Shown here one piece after another: positions 39,083-47,584 of a DNA stretch of 64,000 nucleotides. This DNA comes from an uncultured virus (IMG/VR IMGVR_UViG_3300029305_011880) (Duplodnaviria; Heunggongvirae; Uroviricota; Caudoviricetes): IMG/VR virus record IMGVR_UViG_3300029305_011880; one strand, 5' to 3'. The position numbers and the translations under genes are program-made. Numbering within the stretch: position 1 is the first letter of the stretch; the number at the start of each line of letters is the position of its first letter. Below the pieces are notes generated by a model. It saw nothing but the letters and a program-made list of their open reading frames with translations, was not told the DNA's origin and made no database searches.

Positions 39083-40273
39083 TTAGAAATTATCAACAAT
39101 CAATTTAATTTCTTCTTTTGTCCAACCTTGGTCACTGCAAATATGAACTTTAATGTTGTTTTTTGCAAACAAGAAGTTTGTTATCTCATCTTGATTTCTA
39201 CCATATAAATAAACAGTTGTTAAATCATCCATAGTAATAGTGGAATAATAAGGAAAATCTTCAGACCCAATCGTTAAGCTATTGAACCCAATACCCTGTT
39301 GAATGCTAAACAATCTACCTTTATCATTCTTAAAGTCGGTAGTAACATATTTCCCGTCTACTACAATGGCTTTACTTTCATTGAGAATCATATTTTCATT
39401 TAAAACCTCACCATTCATCACATCATAGAAATTAGTATTGTAAACTCCATTCACTTCTACGATGCCATTATATTCGATAGGCTTAATCTCTTCATACATG
39501 GTATTATCGTAATATGTCTGTGTCGCAGCTGCTGGGTCTTTCTCATACTCTTCAAATAATCTAATGTATTCTTGACTTTTATAATATGTAGAAAATACAT
39601 ATCCACCGCCCCGAGAAACTACATTAACATCAATTAAACTAGAAATACATTCAATAATATTATCTTCGCTAATAAACAATATAAAGTCAGAAGGATAAGA
39701 TTCGAAAAATTCAATCACTTCAGGAGTGGGCTTATTAAGCAAATGACCATTGAATTTATCACTAAAATCACCCATAGTGTTAGTATTAGTGTTAATTACA
39801 TAAAGGTCATAAGCTTCTACATCTTTCGCTAAAGCTCCAAGATATAGATACCCTTCATAATCATCATAATACTCTTTGTCGCCTTCAGTAAAAATTAAAA
39901 TCTTTTTATTTCCAGCATTGATTTTGACTTCTTTTCCATTAATATCAGAAACAGAAAGAGAATTCAAAAATTCACGACCGATATAACTACTATAAGTTTT
40001 AGTTACTTGGTCTCTGGAATAGAGGTCATATAAATAAGCAGATTTTTCAACAATACCATCCCCACCTTCTAAAATAGAAGCAGCATAAAGATGAGGAGAT
40101 ACCATGTGAGGCTCGTATACTTCCTCATATGAATCAATAACAGGTTCTTCGTTTTTGCCGACAAAAATTGCAATAAGAACAACTGCAACAATTAATACTG
40201 CGGCAATAACTCCACCAATTATATATTTCTTTTTATTATTTACAGCATTTGTGTTGTTTTCCATTATTTTCAC
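39083..40273 (-). CDS. Membrane-anchored protein with a probable thioredoxin-like fold lacking CxxC
   Basis: N-terminal TM; IGREFLNSLSVSDINGKEVKINAGNKKILIF and PSDFILFISEDNII resemble TlpA scaffold segments, with no CxxC. Confidence 0.5.
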   Translation of the reverse strand: MKIMENNTNAVNNKKKYIIGGVIAAVLIVAVVLIAIFVGKNEEPVIDSYEEVYEPHMVSPHLYAASILEGGDGIVEKSAYLYDLYSRDQVTKTYSSYIGREFLNSLSVSDINGKEVKINAGNKKILIFTEGDKEYYDDYEGYLYLGALAKDVEAYDLYVINTNTNTMGDFSDKFNGHLLNKPTPEVIEFFESYPSDFILFISEDNIIECISSLIDVNVVSRGGGYVFSTYYKSQEYIRLFEEYEKDPAAATQTYYDNTMYEEIKPIEYNGIVEVNGVYNTNFYDVMNGEVLNENMILNESKAIVVDGKYVTTDFKNDKGRLFSIQQGIGFNSLTIGSEDFPYYSTITMDDLTTVYLYGRNQDEITNFLFAKNNIKVHICSDQGWTKEEIKLIVDNF

Positions 40274-40424
40274 CTCTTGAATTTAAATTAAATATAATTT
40301 ACGAGTTTTTATATTATAATATTATGTTACATCTTTTTGTTTGAGAAATCAATACAAAAAGATGTTTATACTTATTATATTTTATTATGCTATAAAATAC
40401 AAAAAAAGGAGGCGTGATATAGAA

Positions 40425-41207
40425 ATGCTATATTATGAGAAAATAAAAAATGGCAAAGATTTAGATTGGGTTGTTTTTGTTCACGGTATTGGAGGAAGCA
40501 CAAAAACGTGGAAGAAACAAATTGAAGATTTTTCTCAGAATCACAACATATTGCTTCTTGATTTAGCAGGCCATGGTAATTCAAAAGATGAAAAATCAGA
40601 CCATAACTTATTGAATATTCCTCAAGAAATAAAAAATGTTCTTGATGTTTTAGATATTAGCAAAGCTCATTTTGTTGGAATGTCTCTTGGAACACTTATT
40701 TTAATTTTTTATGCAATGATTTTCCCAGATACAGTATTGTCTTTGACTCTGGGAGGAGCCGTTACAAAATTAACAGTAAGCGGAAAATTTACTATGTGGT
40801 TAGCTCAAAAAACAAAAAACATATTACCACACAAAGCAGTATCGAAAATATTTGCCACCGTATTAATGCCAAAGAAGAATCACGAAAAGTCAAGAAAGAT
40901 TTTTATAAGAGAATCTTTAAAAATGAAAAAAGAAGAATTGTCATTATGGATAAATACTCTTGACGTTGTTAAATACGCAGAAATGTATATAGATATTTTG
41001 AAGAATATTAAAAATATCCCCATTTTATACGTAATGGGCAGCGAAGACCATATATTCCTCAAGGGAACAGAAGAGGTTGCAAAGCAAATAGATGCAAAAA
41101 TACAAATAATTAAAAATTGCGGACACGTTTGCACAATAGAAAAATATAAAGAATTTAATAGAATAGCATTAGATTTTATTGAAAATAGAGTCCCAATAGC
41201 TGCATAA
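40425..41207 (+). CDS. Alpha/beta fold hydrolase
   Basis: VFVHGIGG, DLAGHG, GMSLG nucleophile elbow, GSED, GHVC; AGGAGG RBS supports ATG 40425. Confidence 0.9.
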   Translation: MLYYEKIKNGKDLDWVVFVHGIGGSTKTWKKQIEDFSQNHNILLLDLAGHGNSKDEKSDHNLLNIPQEIKNVLDVLDISKAHFVGMSLGTLILIFYAMIFPDTVLSLTLGGAVTKLTVSGKFTMWLAQKTKNILPHKAVSKIFATVLMPKKNHEKSRKIFIRESLKMKKEELSLWINTLDVVKYAEMYIDILKNIKNIPILYVMGSEDHIFLKGTEEVAKQIDAKIQIIKNCGHVCTIEKYKEFNRIALDFIENRVPIAA

Positions 41208-41239
41208 AAACTTCTGCGACTCATAGATTATAGAATAAA

Positions 41240-41279
41240 AATAAAAGAAGAGATTCCCTAGGGAATCTCTTCTTTTATT
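41240..41279. terminator. Bidirectional terminator, perfect 40-bp palindrome
   Basis: aataaaagaagagattccct|agggaatctcttcttttatt between convergent genes. Confidence 0.8.
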
Positions 41280-41281
41280 GC

Positions 41282-42985
41282 TTAGAACTGGATGTTCTCA
41301 GGTTCAACCATCAGCTTAACACCGAAGTTATCCTTTTCGAGACGACCACAAACGGTAAAGCTGGTAGGAATACCATTTTCGACAACCTTAGCACCGTACC
41401 AAGAAACAACGTCGAAGTTGTCCCCCTTAAGCACAAGATGCTGGCCTTCACTTCCGATGAACTTAACCTCCTTAGGAACAAAATCAAGAACCCCAATCAT
41501 GGGCTCCTCAAAACCGTTACCAAAAGGCTCCAGATTCTTAATTTTGTCGAAGAAATGAGCATCGATTTCTTCAGGCTCTGCCTGATAATCAATAACAACA
41601 TTCTTCACAAAAGCATCTGCAGGAATCTGGTCAGCATGTTCCATCATAGCCATTCTGAAGTCAATCATGTTTTCGTCAGTAACACTAACACCACATGCCT
41701 GACTATGACCACCGTAGGTAACCATAAGACCAGTAGCAGCCTGAATTTCATCGAGGGCATCCTTAATATGATAACCAGGAATGGAACGACCAGAACCCTT
41801 CCAAATCTCGCCTTCCTTAGTAAAAACAAGAGTAGGCTTATTAATTGCCTCCCTAACTCGACCAGCTACCAAGCCCACAACACCATCAAAAAACTCTTCG
41901 TTGTTGATAATGCAGATAGGCATGTCGGCCTGAAGTTCGGCCTCCATCATCGCAGCATTAGTGAAATCCTCAGTAAGAACCTTGCGCTCCTTATTGACGT
42001 TCTTCAAACGATTAACAATATCACGAATGACATCTTCATTGTCGGTCATGAACGCATCGATAGCAGGAGTAATGTCACCAGTCATTCGGCTGATAGCATT
42101 AATAGCAGGACCAAAGGAAAAACCAATGGTACGAGTATCAACGGATTCAATTTTGTTGTAATCAGAAAAGACATCCTTGAAAATCTTCCACTGAGGACGA
42201 CAATTATTGGAAACCATCTTGAGACCGTGGCGAACAATAATGCGGTTTTCTCCTCGAAGCTCCACCACGTCAGCGACAGTGGAAACAGCAATGATATCGA
42301 GATACGTATTTGCTCGCTTAAAGGGAATTCCTCTCTTGTAGTAACAAATGGAAAGCACCTTCCAAAGCACTGCAGCGCCACACAGATTTTCATAAGGATA
42401 GGAATCATCTGCTCGATGAGGATTAACAACAGCAAAGGCATTTGGTACACGACCACTTGCATCGGGCTGATGATGGTCAGTAACGATGGTTACTAAGCCC
42501 AGACTATTGGCATAATCGATGGCGTCAAAGGCAACGATACCATTATCAGCGGTCAAGATAACTTTTGTATCGGGCCACTTAGCCATAATCATATCAACTC
42601 CCTCTTTACAGATGCCATACCCCATGGAACGATGGTTGGTAAAAATTTCTACATCTCCACCCATATCCTTAATCATCTTGTAACCGATGATAGCCGCACC
42701 CCAACCATCACAGTCATAGTCGGAATACACAACGATTTTCTTGCGATTAACAATAGCATCATCGATTCCGTCAGCCGCTTTTGTACCATCCTTCATCAAA
42801 CGAGGGTCAATTAAATCGTCGATTGAACAGTTCATCACTTCCTCGACTTCCTCAATAGTAATCCCACGATTAACAAAGTAGGAACATTCCATACGAGACA
42901 GCCCAGTTTTGTTCTGAAACTCCTCAACCTTTTTAGCTACCGCCTCCTCACTCAGAGGATAGACAAAACGTTTCATAATTTCCAT
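41282..42985 (-). CDS. recJ: Single-stranded-DNA-specific exonuclease RecJ
   Basis: YSDYDCDG, TADNG, TDHH, STVADVV, GPAINA, KGSGRS, GGH, LEPFGNG; AAGGAG RBS supports ATG 42985. Confidence 0.95.
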   Translation of the reverse strand: MEIMKRFVYPLSEEAVAKKVEEFQNKTGLSRMECSYFVNRGITIEEVEEVMNCSIDDLIDPRLMKDGTKAADGIDDAIVNRKKIVVYSDYDCDGWGAAIIGYKMIKDMGGDVEIFTNHRSMGYGICKEGVDMIMAKWPDTKVILTADNGIVAFDAIDYANSLGLVTIVTDHHQPDASGRVPNAFAVVNPHRADDSYPYENLCGAAVLWKVLSICYYKRGIPFKRANTYLDIIAVSTVADVVELRGENRIIVRHGLKMVSNNCRPQWKIFKDVFSDYNKIESVDTRTIGFSFGPAINAISRMTGDITPAIDAFMTDNEDVIRDIVNRLKNVNKERKVLTEDFTNAAMMEAELQADMPICIINNEEFFDGVVGLVAGRVREAINKPTLVFTKEGEIWKGSGRSIPGYHIKDALDEIQAATGLMVTYGGHSQACGVSVTDENMIDFRMAMMEHADQIPADAFVKNVVIDYQAEPEEIDAHFFDKIKNLEPFGNGFEEPMIGVLDFVPKEVKFIGSEGQHLVLKGDNFDVVSWYGAKVVENGIPTSFTVCGRLEKDNFGVKLMVEPENIQF

Positions 42986-43121
42986 GTTTATTCTTGCTCC
43001 TTTCAATTTCTATGAACCTATATTTCATTATATTATTTAAATGGTTATCTTATATCACAAAACTAAAAACTTAATCACATAAACATCCCCCATCTATTTA
43101 TTTAGATGAGGGATGAAATAA

Positions 43122-43694
43122 TTAGCCCATAACAGATTGAAAAATATCCATTACATTAATAATTGCGATTGAGGAGAAAAACAACAAGTAAATCTCAAGC
43201 AATACCAAAAATATTGCAATAATATTTTCACCCCAACTGTTGGTTTTAATAGGTAAGATATTAACTTTATTTTTCTTAATAGGCCCAAACAATGGAATAC
43301 CAGCAGGATTCAACATATCGAGAAAGAGATGACTAAATACTCCAATCATCATCCCCCAAATAAAAGTCTCTGCAAAAGGATTAGAAAAGATAAATAAACA
43401 AAGAGCAAAAATAATGGCCCAAATTAATGGCATGTGAGGTTCTCTTCTGTGATTTATTACTCTCTTTTCTGTACTTGGGTCGCCAGTAAAAACCTTTCTA
43501 ATTCCTCTCCTAATTTTAGATGTAGGACTATCAATATCAGGAAACATAGCCCCCATTGCTCCTCCAGCAAAGAATAAACCATATACAAATACATCAGGTT
43601 CAGGAACTATACCTACCTTTATTAAAAGAGGCATAGCTGCGGTACAAGCAACTATCCCACCAATTTCATGAGTTCGAAACATCATAATAAACAT
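43122..43694 (-). CDS. YdjM-family membrane-bound metal-dependent hydrolase
   Basis: RTH, GAMFPDIDSPTS, HRxxxH, SHLFLDML, GIPLFGP motifs. Confidence 0.85.
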   Translation of the reverse strand: MFIMMFRTHEIGGIVACTAAMPLLIKVGIVPEPDVFVYGLFFAGGAMGAMFPDIDSPTSKIRRGIRKVFTGDPSTEKRVINHRREPHMPLIWAIIFALCLFIFSNPFAETFIWGMMIGVFSHLFLDMLNPAGIPLFGPIKKNKVNILPIKTNSWGENIIAIFLVLLEIYLLFFSSIAIINVMDIFQSVMG

Positions 43695-43725
43695 TCTCCT
43701 TTTACCTAAAAGTTTCTCTAATGCT

Positions 43726-43754
43726 ATTATAACATATATTTTTCAGTTTTTCAA
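43726..43754 (-). promoter_or_regulatory. sigmaA-like promoter for the YdjM-like gene
   Basis: TTGAAA-17 bp-TATAAT with extended -10 TG. Confidence 0.65.
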
Positions 43755-43799
43755 GAGTTTAAATAAAATATTTTTTAAAATATTTTAACCCCTAAACAT

Positions 43800-44020
43800 T
43801 AATAACTATTACTAATAATATAACGTTTTCTATTATTATTCTTATATATTTCAATTAAATTTTCTAAATAGTAGTTATCTAGTTGAATAAAATTAGATTA
43901 ATTTTATTCAACGTTATAATTATTATCTGTAGTAGTAAATATCTATTACGTAACTATTACAATAAAAGAATTAAATAGAATAAATAAGATATGTTTTATA
44001 TTTATTATCTATTACTAAAT
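43800..44020. repeat. AT-rich region with a perfect 14-bp inverted repeat and four CTATTAC direct repeats
   Basis: gttgaataaaatta-gat-taattttattcaac at 43882-43912; CTATTAC starting at 43806, 43943, 43954 and 44009. Confidence 0.7.
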
Positions 44021-44095
44021 ATAATTTGTTTTTATTATTTACACATCTATGAAATATAATTATATAGGCAAATTTATAAGAAAGTAGGTGACAAA

Positions 44096-44983
44096 TTGTT
44101 TATTTCAAGTAATACTATAATAACCACAGAAAACGGAAATGTGTTAGCTGATAGCAACTATGAAAAAACTTTTACTGTAAACGGCTTTATTTCGCCAGAA
44201 AAAATAGTTGAAAACAAAAAGACATCTTTTATAAAAACAGAATTGTTCCCTACACTTTCTATAGGTGACAATACGGAAATATTATCTGGAAGATTAGAAT
44301 CAGCAAATAACAAATTATTCATAAAGAATAATTTTTATACAAGACAATCATTAAAAGAAGGAGATTTTTTATTTGTTCCAAAAATAACTTATAACGTAGA
44401 ATCTTTATTCAACAGAACTACATTGTGGTTATACGCAAAATATATTACTAGCGGATATTATTGTCTAGAAAAACAAACTAACAAACCTACAATAATAATA
44501 AAATTAAATCGTTTTTCTAAAAAAGAAGCGGTAAAACTTAAAAAATATGAAAATATCACGTATGATTTAAATAATAAAATGATTGTCATCCAAAATGAAG
44601 AAATCATAAAAGAATTCACAATTAATAAACAGTCTTTAAATTTAAAAGTTTATGGTTGCGATGAAAACCTTGCAAAATTCTTTTTGCACGCAATGCTTAT
44701 AGAGAACAATAACAAGATTATTTGCAAATATAAAACTTTAGCGTATGATATATTTATGTACGCCTATTCTAAATGCAATGTTATATATAAAATAACAGAA
44801 TATAAAAATGACAATAAAAAGGAATTTTGTATTTCCGAGGCAAATAATGATGAATTTCTTATAGTTCAAAAACAATTATATGTCAAAATAACTAAAATTT
44901 TAGAAGGCAAAGAATTAAGAGGAATAAGTATCAAAAACCCCGAAAATAACCTATTTTGTATAGGTTTTTTAATAATAAAATGA
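44096..44983 (+). CDS. Free-standing degenerate intein (Hint + LAGLIDADG-like) protein
   Basis: Intein-like blocks in the correct order (NTIITTENG; SLKEGDFLFVPK; LWLYAKYITSG; AKFFLHAMLIEN; KTLAYDI; YVKITKI...NLFCIGFLII) without catalytic residues or exteins; TTG start, AGGTGA RBS. Confidence 0.65.
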   Translation: MFISSNTIITTENGNVLADSNYEKTFTVNGFISPEKIVENKKTSFIKTELFPTLSIGDNTEILSGRLESANNKLFIKNNFYTRQSLKEGDFLFVPKITYNVESLFNRTTLWLYAKYITSGYYCLEKQTNKPTIIIKLNRFSKKEAVKLKKYENITYDLNNKMIVIQNEEIIKEFTINKQSLNLKVYGCDENLAKFFLHAMLIENNNKIICKYKTLAYDIFMYAYSKCNVIYKITEYKNDNKKEFCISEANNDEFLIVQKQLYVKITKILEGKELRGISIKNPENNLFCIGFLIIK

Positions 44984-44985
44984 GT

Positions 44986-45017
44986 AAAATGCACACGCTT
45001 TTTGGTGTGCATTTTTT
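44986..45017 (+). terminator. Intrinsic terminator
   Basis: aaaatgcacac/gtgtgcatttt plus T-tract immediately after the TGA. Confidence 0.75.
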
Positions 45018-45031
45018 GTTTATTATGCTAC

Positions 45032-45060
45032 TTGACAAATGAAAAATTATATGTTATCAT
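45032..45060 (+). promoter_or_regulatory. sigmaA promoter
   Basis: TTGACA-17 bp-TATCAT with extended -10 TGn. Confidence 0.75.
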
Positions 45061-45146
45061 CTATATAGTGGCACAGCAAAGCATATAATATATTACATTA
45101 TTAGAAAAAAGCATGTAAAAGGACATGACTTATGGAGGGAAAAAAA

Positions 45147-45539
45147 ATGGCAAAAACAACTAATACCAAGAAAAACTATACCAAGGGATTTTACACCGTT
45201 ATTGGCTATCTCGGAATCATTGGTATCCCCGCACTTATCGGCTTCGGATTTTTGCTGGACGACTTCGTTGAAGGGCTTAAGTACAGCCTGCCCGAAATCT
45301 TTTCTAGCATCATGATGTGGGTCTCCATTATCACGTGTGCTTACTGCCTGCTTCGGACTTATTTGGGCGTGGTTCACAACGTGTTCCTGCCTAAGATTCC
45401 TACCCCGAAGAATCTGGTGTTGAAGCTTTTAGTTCTGGCAACTCTGGGCACCCTCATCGGTATTTTCAGCCCTGTCTGGATGTTGATTCTGTGGGTTGTG
45501 ACCTGTCTGATTGGCATGGCCACTTATAGCTTTGTATAA
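45147..45539 (+). CDS. Hypothetical small membrane protein (about 4 TM)
   Basis: Hydrophobic ORF, GGAGG RBS before ATG 45147, own promoter and terminator (45547-45574); GC higher than flanks. Confidence 0.7.
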   Translation: MAKTTNTKKNYTKGFYTVIGYLGIIGIPALIGFGFLLDDFVEGLKYSLPEIFSSIMMWVSIITCAYCLLRTYLGVVHNVFLPKIPTPKNLVLKLLVLATLGTLIGIFSPVWMLILWVVTCLIGMATYSFV

Positions 45540-45674
45540 GCAAAAGAAAGTGTGAGGAGAAATCTTCGCACTTTTTTATTTTATTTTTAAAAATTTCTTT
45601 AAAACTCTTGATTTTTATAAAAAAATATGATATTATATATTTAGTTTAAAATTCTTTTTAAAGGAGATTCAAAT

Positions 45675-45854
45675 ATGTTTAAGAAAAATGATTATGTTTT
45701 ATTTAATTACGATGGCGAAGAACTAATGTCCCGCATATTAGAAATCAAAAATGATAAGGCCATTATAGAAGTCTGTTTATCTGTTCGTAGAGGAGAAGAA
45801 ACACTAACAGATACTATGGAAGTTAACATTTCTGAATTAAAGAAGCTTGTATAA
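45675..45854 (+). CDS. 59-aa KOW/SH3-like small protein (not in ORF track)
   Basis: AAGGAG RBS; MFKKNDYVLFNYDGEELMSRILEIKNDKAIIEVCLSVRRGEETLTDTMEVNISELKKLV; upstream TTGATT-17-TATTAT at 45608-45636. Confidence 0.7.
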   Translation: MFKKNDYVLFNYDGEELMSRILEIKNDKAIIEVCLSVRRGEETLTDTMEVNISELKKLV

Positions 45855-45903
45855 TTATAAGAGATTTGTATAAAATACATATTAGTCGTTACCAAAAAGG
45901 AGC

Positions 45904-47532
45904 GTGAATTTAATGGCTAGAGCATTTTACAGAACTCGATGGATAGAGGAATTAAATAGCAAGTATAAGAGTGGTATCGCAAATGCTTTCATTATCGCTG
46001 GTAATATTGGTGACTATGCAATTACTGATACAAAAGTAGAAACTTATATTGGTAAGTTTCTAGACACTAGACTAGACTTTGAAGAAATTGCATTTTTTGA
46101 TATCGTTAATGGTGCAAAATACATGAAGTCGAAACAGAATGAAGATGGTGAAAATATTTCTCACGACGGAGATAACCTTTTAACTATCTGCACTAAGCTC
46201 AAAGACAATTCTATTAAAAGAGCATATATTGTATCCTACACTTCTTTAATGATTCCTGCTGATGATAGAATGTTACAGGATAATGATAAGAGAAATATGA
46301 TTAATCTTCACAAGACTTTAAATTCTAATGAGTTTATTGGCTCTGATAATATGATTATTTTCTTGTGTGAGAGCGTAAAAGACATGAATGGAATGTTCAT
46401 TTCTTCTAATTCTCGAACATATCTTATCAATCTTACTCTCCCTGATGAAAAGGAAAGAGAAAGATATATTAACGATATTCTTAATGATAAGAATAGAGGT
46501 TATACCTATGAAAGCGATATTACCAATAACCTTTTTGCAAAGTTAACGGCTGGTCTTTCCCTAATCAATATTGAAGATATTATTCTTCAGGCAAATGACG
46601 AGGGAAAGCTAACCAAAAAGATGATTCTTGATAGAAAGAAGGAACTTATTCGTAAAGAGTATAGTGAAATTATTGAGCTATACGACACAGATGGATACGG
46701 ATTAAAAGACTTCGCTGGTCAGGACCATATTAAGGGATACTTCCAAGATGTTGTAATTGATGCAATCAAAGAAGACAATTTGGAAATCGTTCCCAAGGGT
46801 GTTCTTTTAATGGGGCCTCCTGGTACTGGTAAGACATATTTTTCTCGTTGTCTAGCAGGAGATGCTGGTATCAATTTTGTAGAATTCAAGATGTCTAAGA
46901 TTCTTGATAAGTGGGTTGGTGAAGCAGAAAAGAATCTAGAAAAGGCGTTTTCTGTTTTCCGTGCGCTTGCGCCCGTTGGCGTATTCATCGATGAGGTTGA
47001 CCAGGCTTTAAGCAGAGGTGACAACGATAGCAACTCCGTAAGCAAAAACCTATTTGGTATGTTTTTGTCCGAACTTTCTAAGGCAGAAAATCGTGGTAGA
47101 ATCGTTTGGTTAGGAGCAACCAACTATCCTAATAGACTTGACGACGCATTTAAGCGTTCTGGTCGTTTCGATAAGAAGATTCCTTTCTTCGCACCTGAAG
47201 AAGCTGAACGCGCAGAAGTTTTTAAGATTCACCTAAACAAGACCAAAACTAAAGTTGCCGATGATGTAGACGCCACCGTTCTCGCAAAAAGAACTGATGG
47301 TTATACTCAGGCAGAAATTGAGAACATCGTAGTTAAGGCTCTAGAATTAACTCAGCGTCGCAAATTAGAATCTATTAACCAAGAAACTCTTATGCAGGCT
47401 CTAGACTATATGCTTACTGCACAAAGCAAGAACATTAAGGAAATGGAAGACATTGCATTGAGAGAATGTAATGACCTTGAGTTGCTTCCTGACAAATATA
47501 TTGCTCGTCTAAAGACACTAAGAGATATTTAA
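45904..47532 (+). CDS. AAA+ ATPase (Ycf46/SpoVK-like, degenerate N-terminal module and active C-terminal AAA)
   Basis: PKGVLLMGPPGTGKT, VFIDEVD, ATNYP, RSGRFD; the start may be ATG 45913. Confidence 0.88.
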   Translation: MNLMARAFYRTRWIEELNSKYKSGIANAFIIAGNIGDYAITDTKVETYIGKFLDTRLDFEEIAFFDIVNGAKYMKSKQNEDGENISHDGDNLLTICTKLKDNSIKRAYIVSYTSLMIPADDRMLQDNDKRNMINLHKTLNSNEFIGSDNMIIFLCESVKDMNGMFISSNSRTYLINLTLPDEKERERYINDILNDKNRGYTYESDITNNLFAKLTAGLSLINIEDIILQANDEGKLTKKMILDRKKELIRKEYSEIIELYDTDGYGLKDFAGQDHIKGYFQDVVIDAIKEDNLEIVPKGVLLMGPPGTGKTYFSRCLAGDAGINFVEFKMSKILDKWVGEAEKNLEKAFSVFRALAPVGVFIDEVDQALSRGDNDSNSVSKNLFGMFLSELSKAENRGRIVWLGATNYPNRLDDAFKRSGRFDKKIPFFAPEEAERAEVFKIHLNKTKTKVADDVDATVLAKRTDGYTQAEIENIVVKALELTQRRKLESINQETLMQALDYMLTAQSKNIKEMEDIALRECNDLELLPDKYIARLKTLRDI

Positions 47533-47541
47533 TAAGAATAC

Positions 47542-47575
47542 AAAAATACCGACTGGTTTTCCAGTCGGTATTTTT
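47542..47575. terminator. Bidirectional intrinsic terminator
   Basis: aaaaataccgactgg/ccagtcggtattttt between convergent genes. Confidence 0.8.
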
Positions 47576-47584
47576 ATTGTTTAT

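Noticed and set aside
38191..41279. Perfect 34-bp and 40-bp palindromes as mobile-element ends or operators
   Set aside because: Both sit just after stop codons with A/T tails and are unrelated to each other, consistent with ordinary intrinsic terminators
41438..42496. 352-aa plus-strand ORF
   Set aside because: Lies wholly antisense to recJ; explained by its higher GC and codon pattern
43695..43800. LexA (Cheo) box upstream of the YdjM-like gene
   Set aside because: No GAAC-N4-GTTC match was seen
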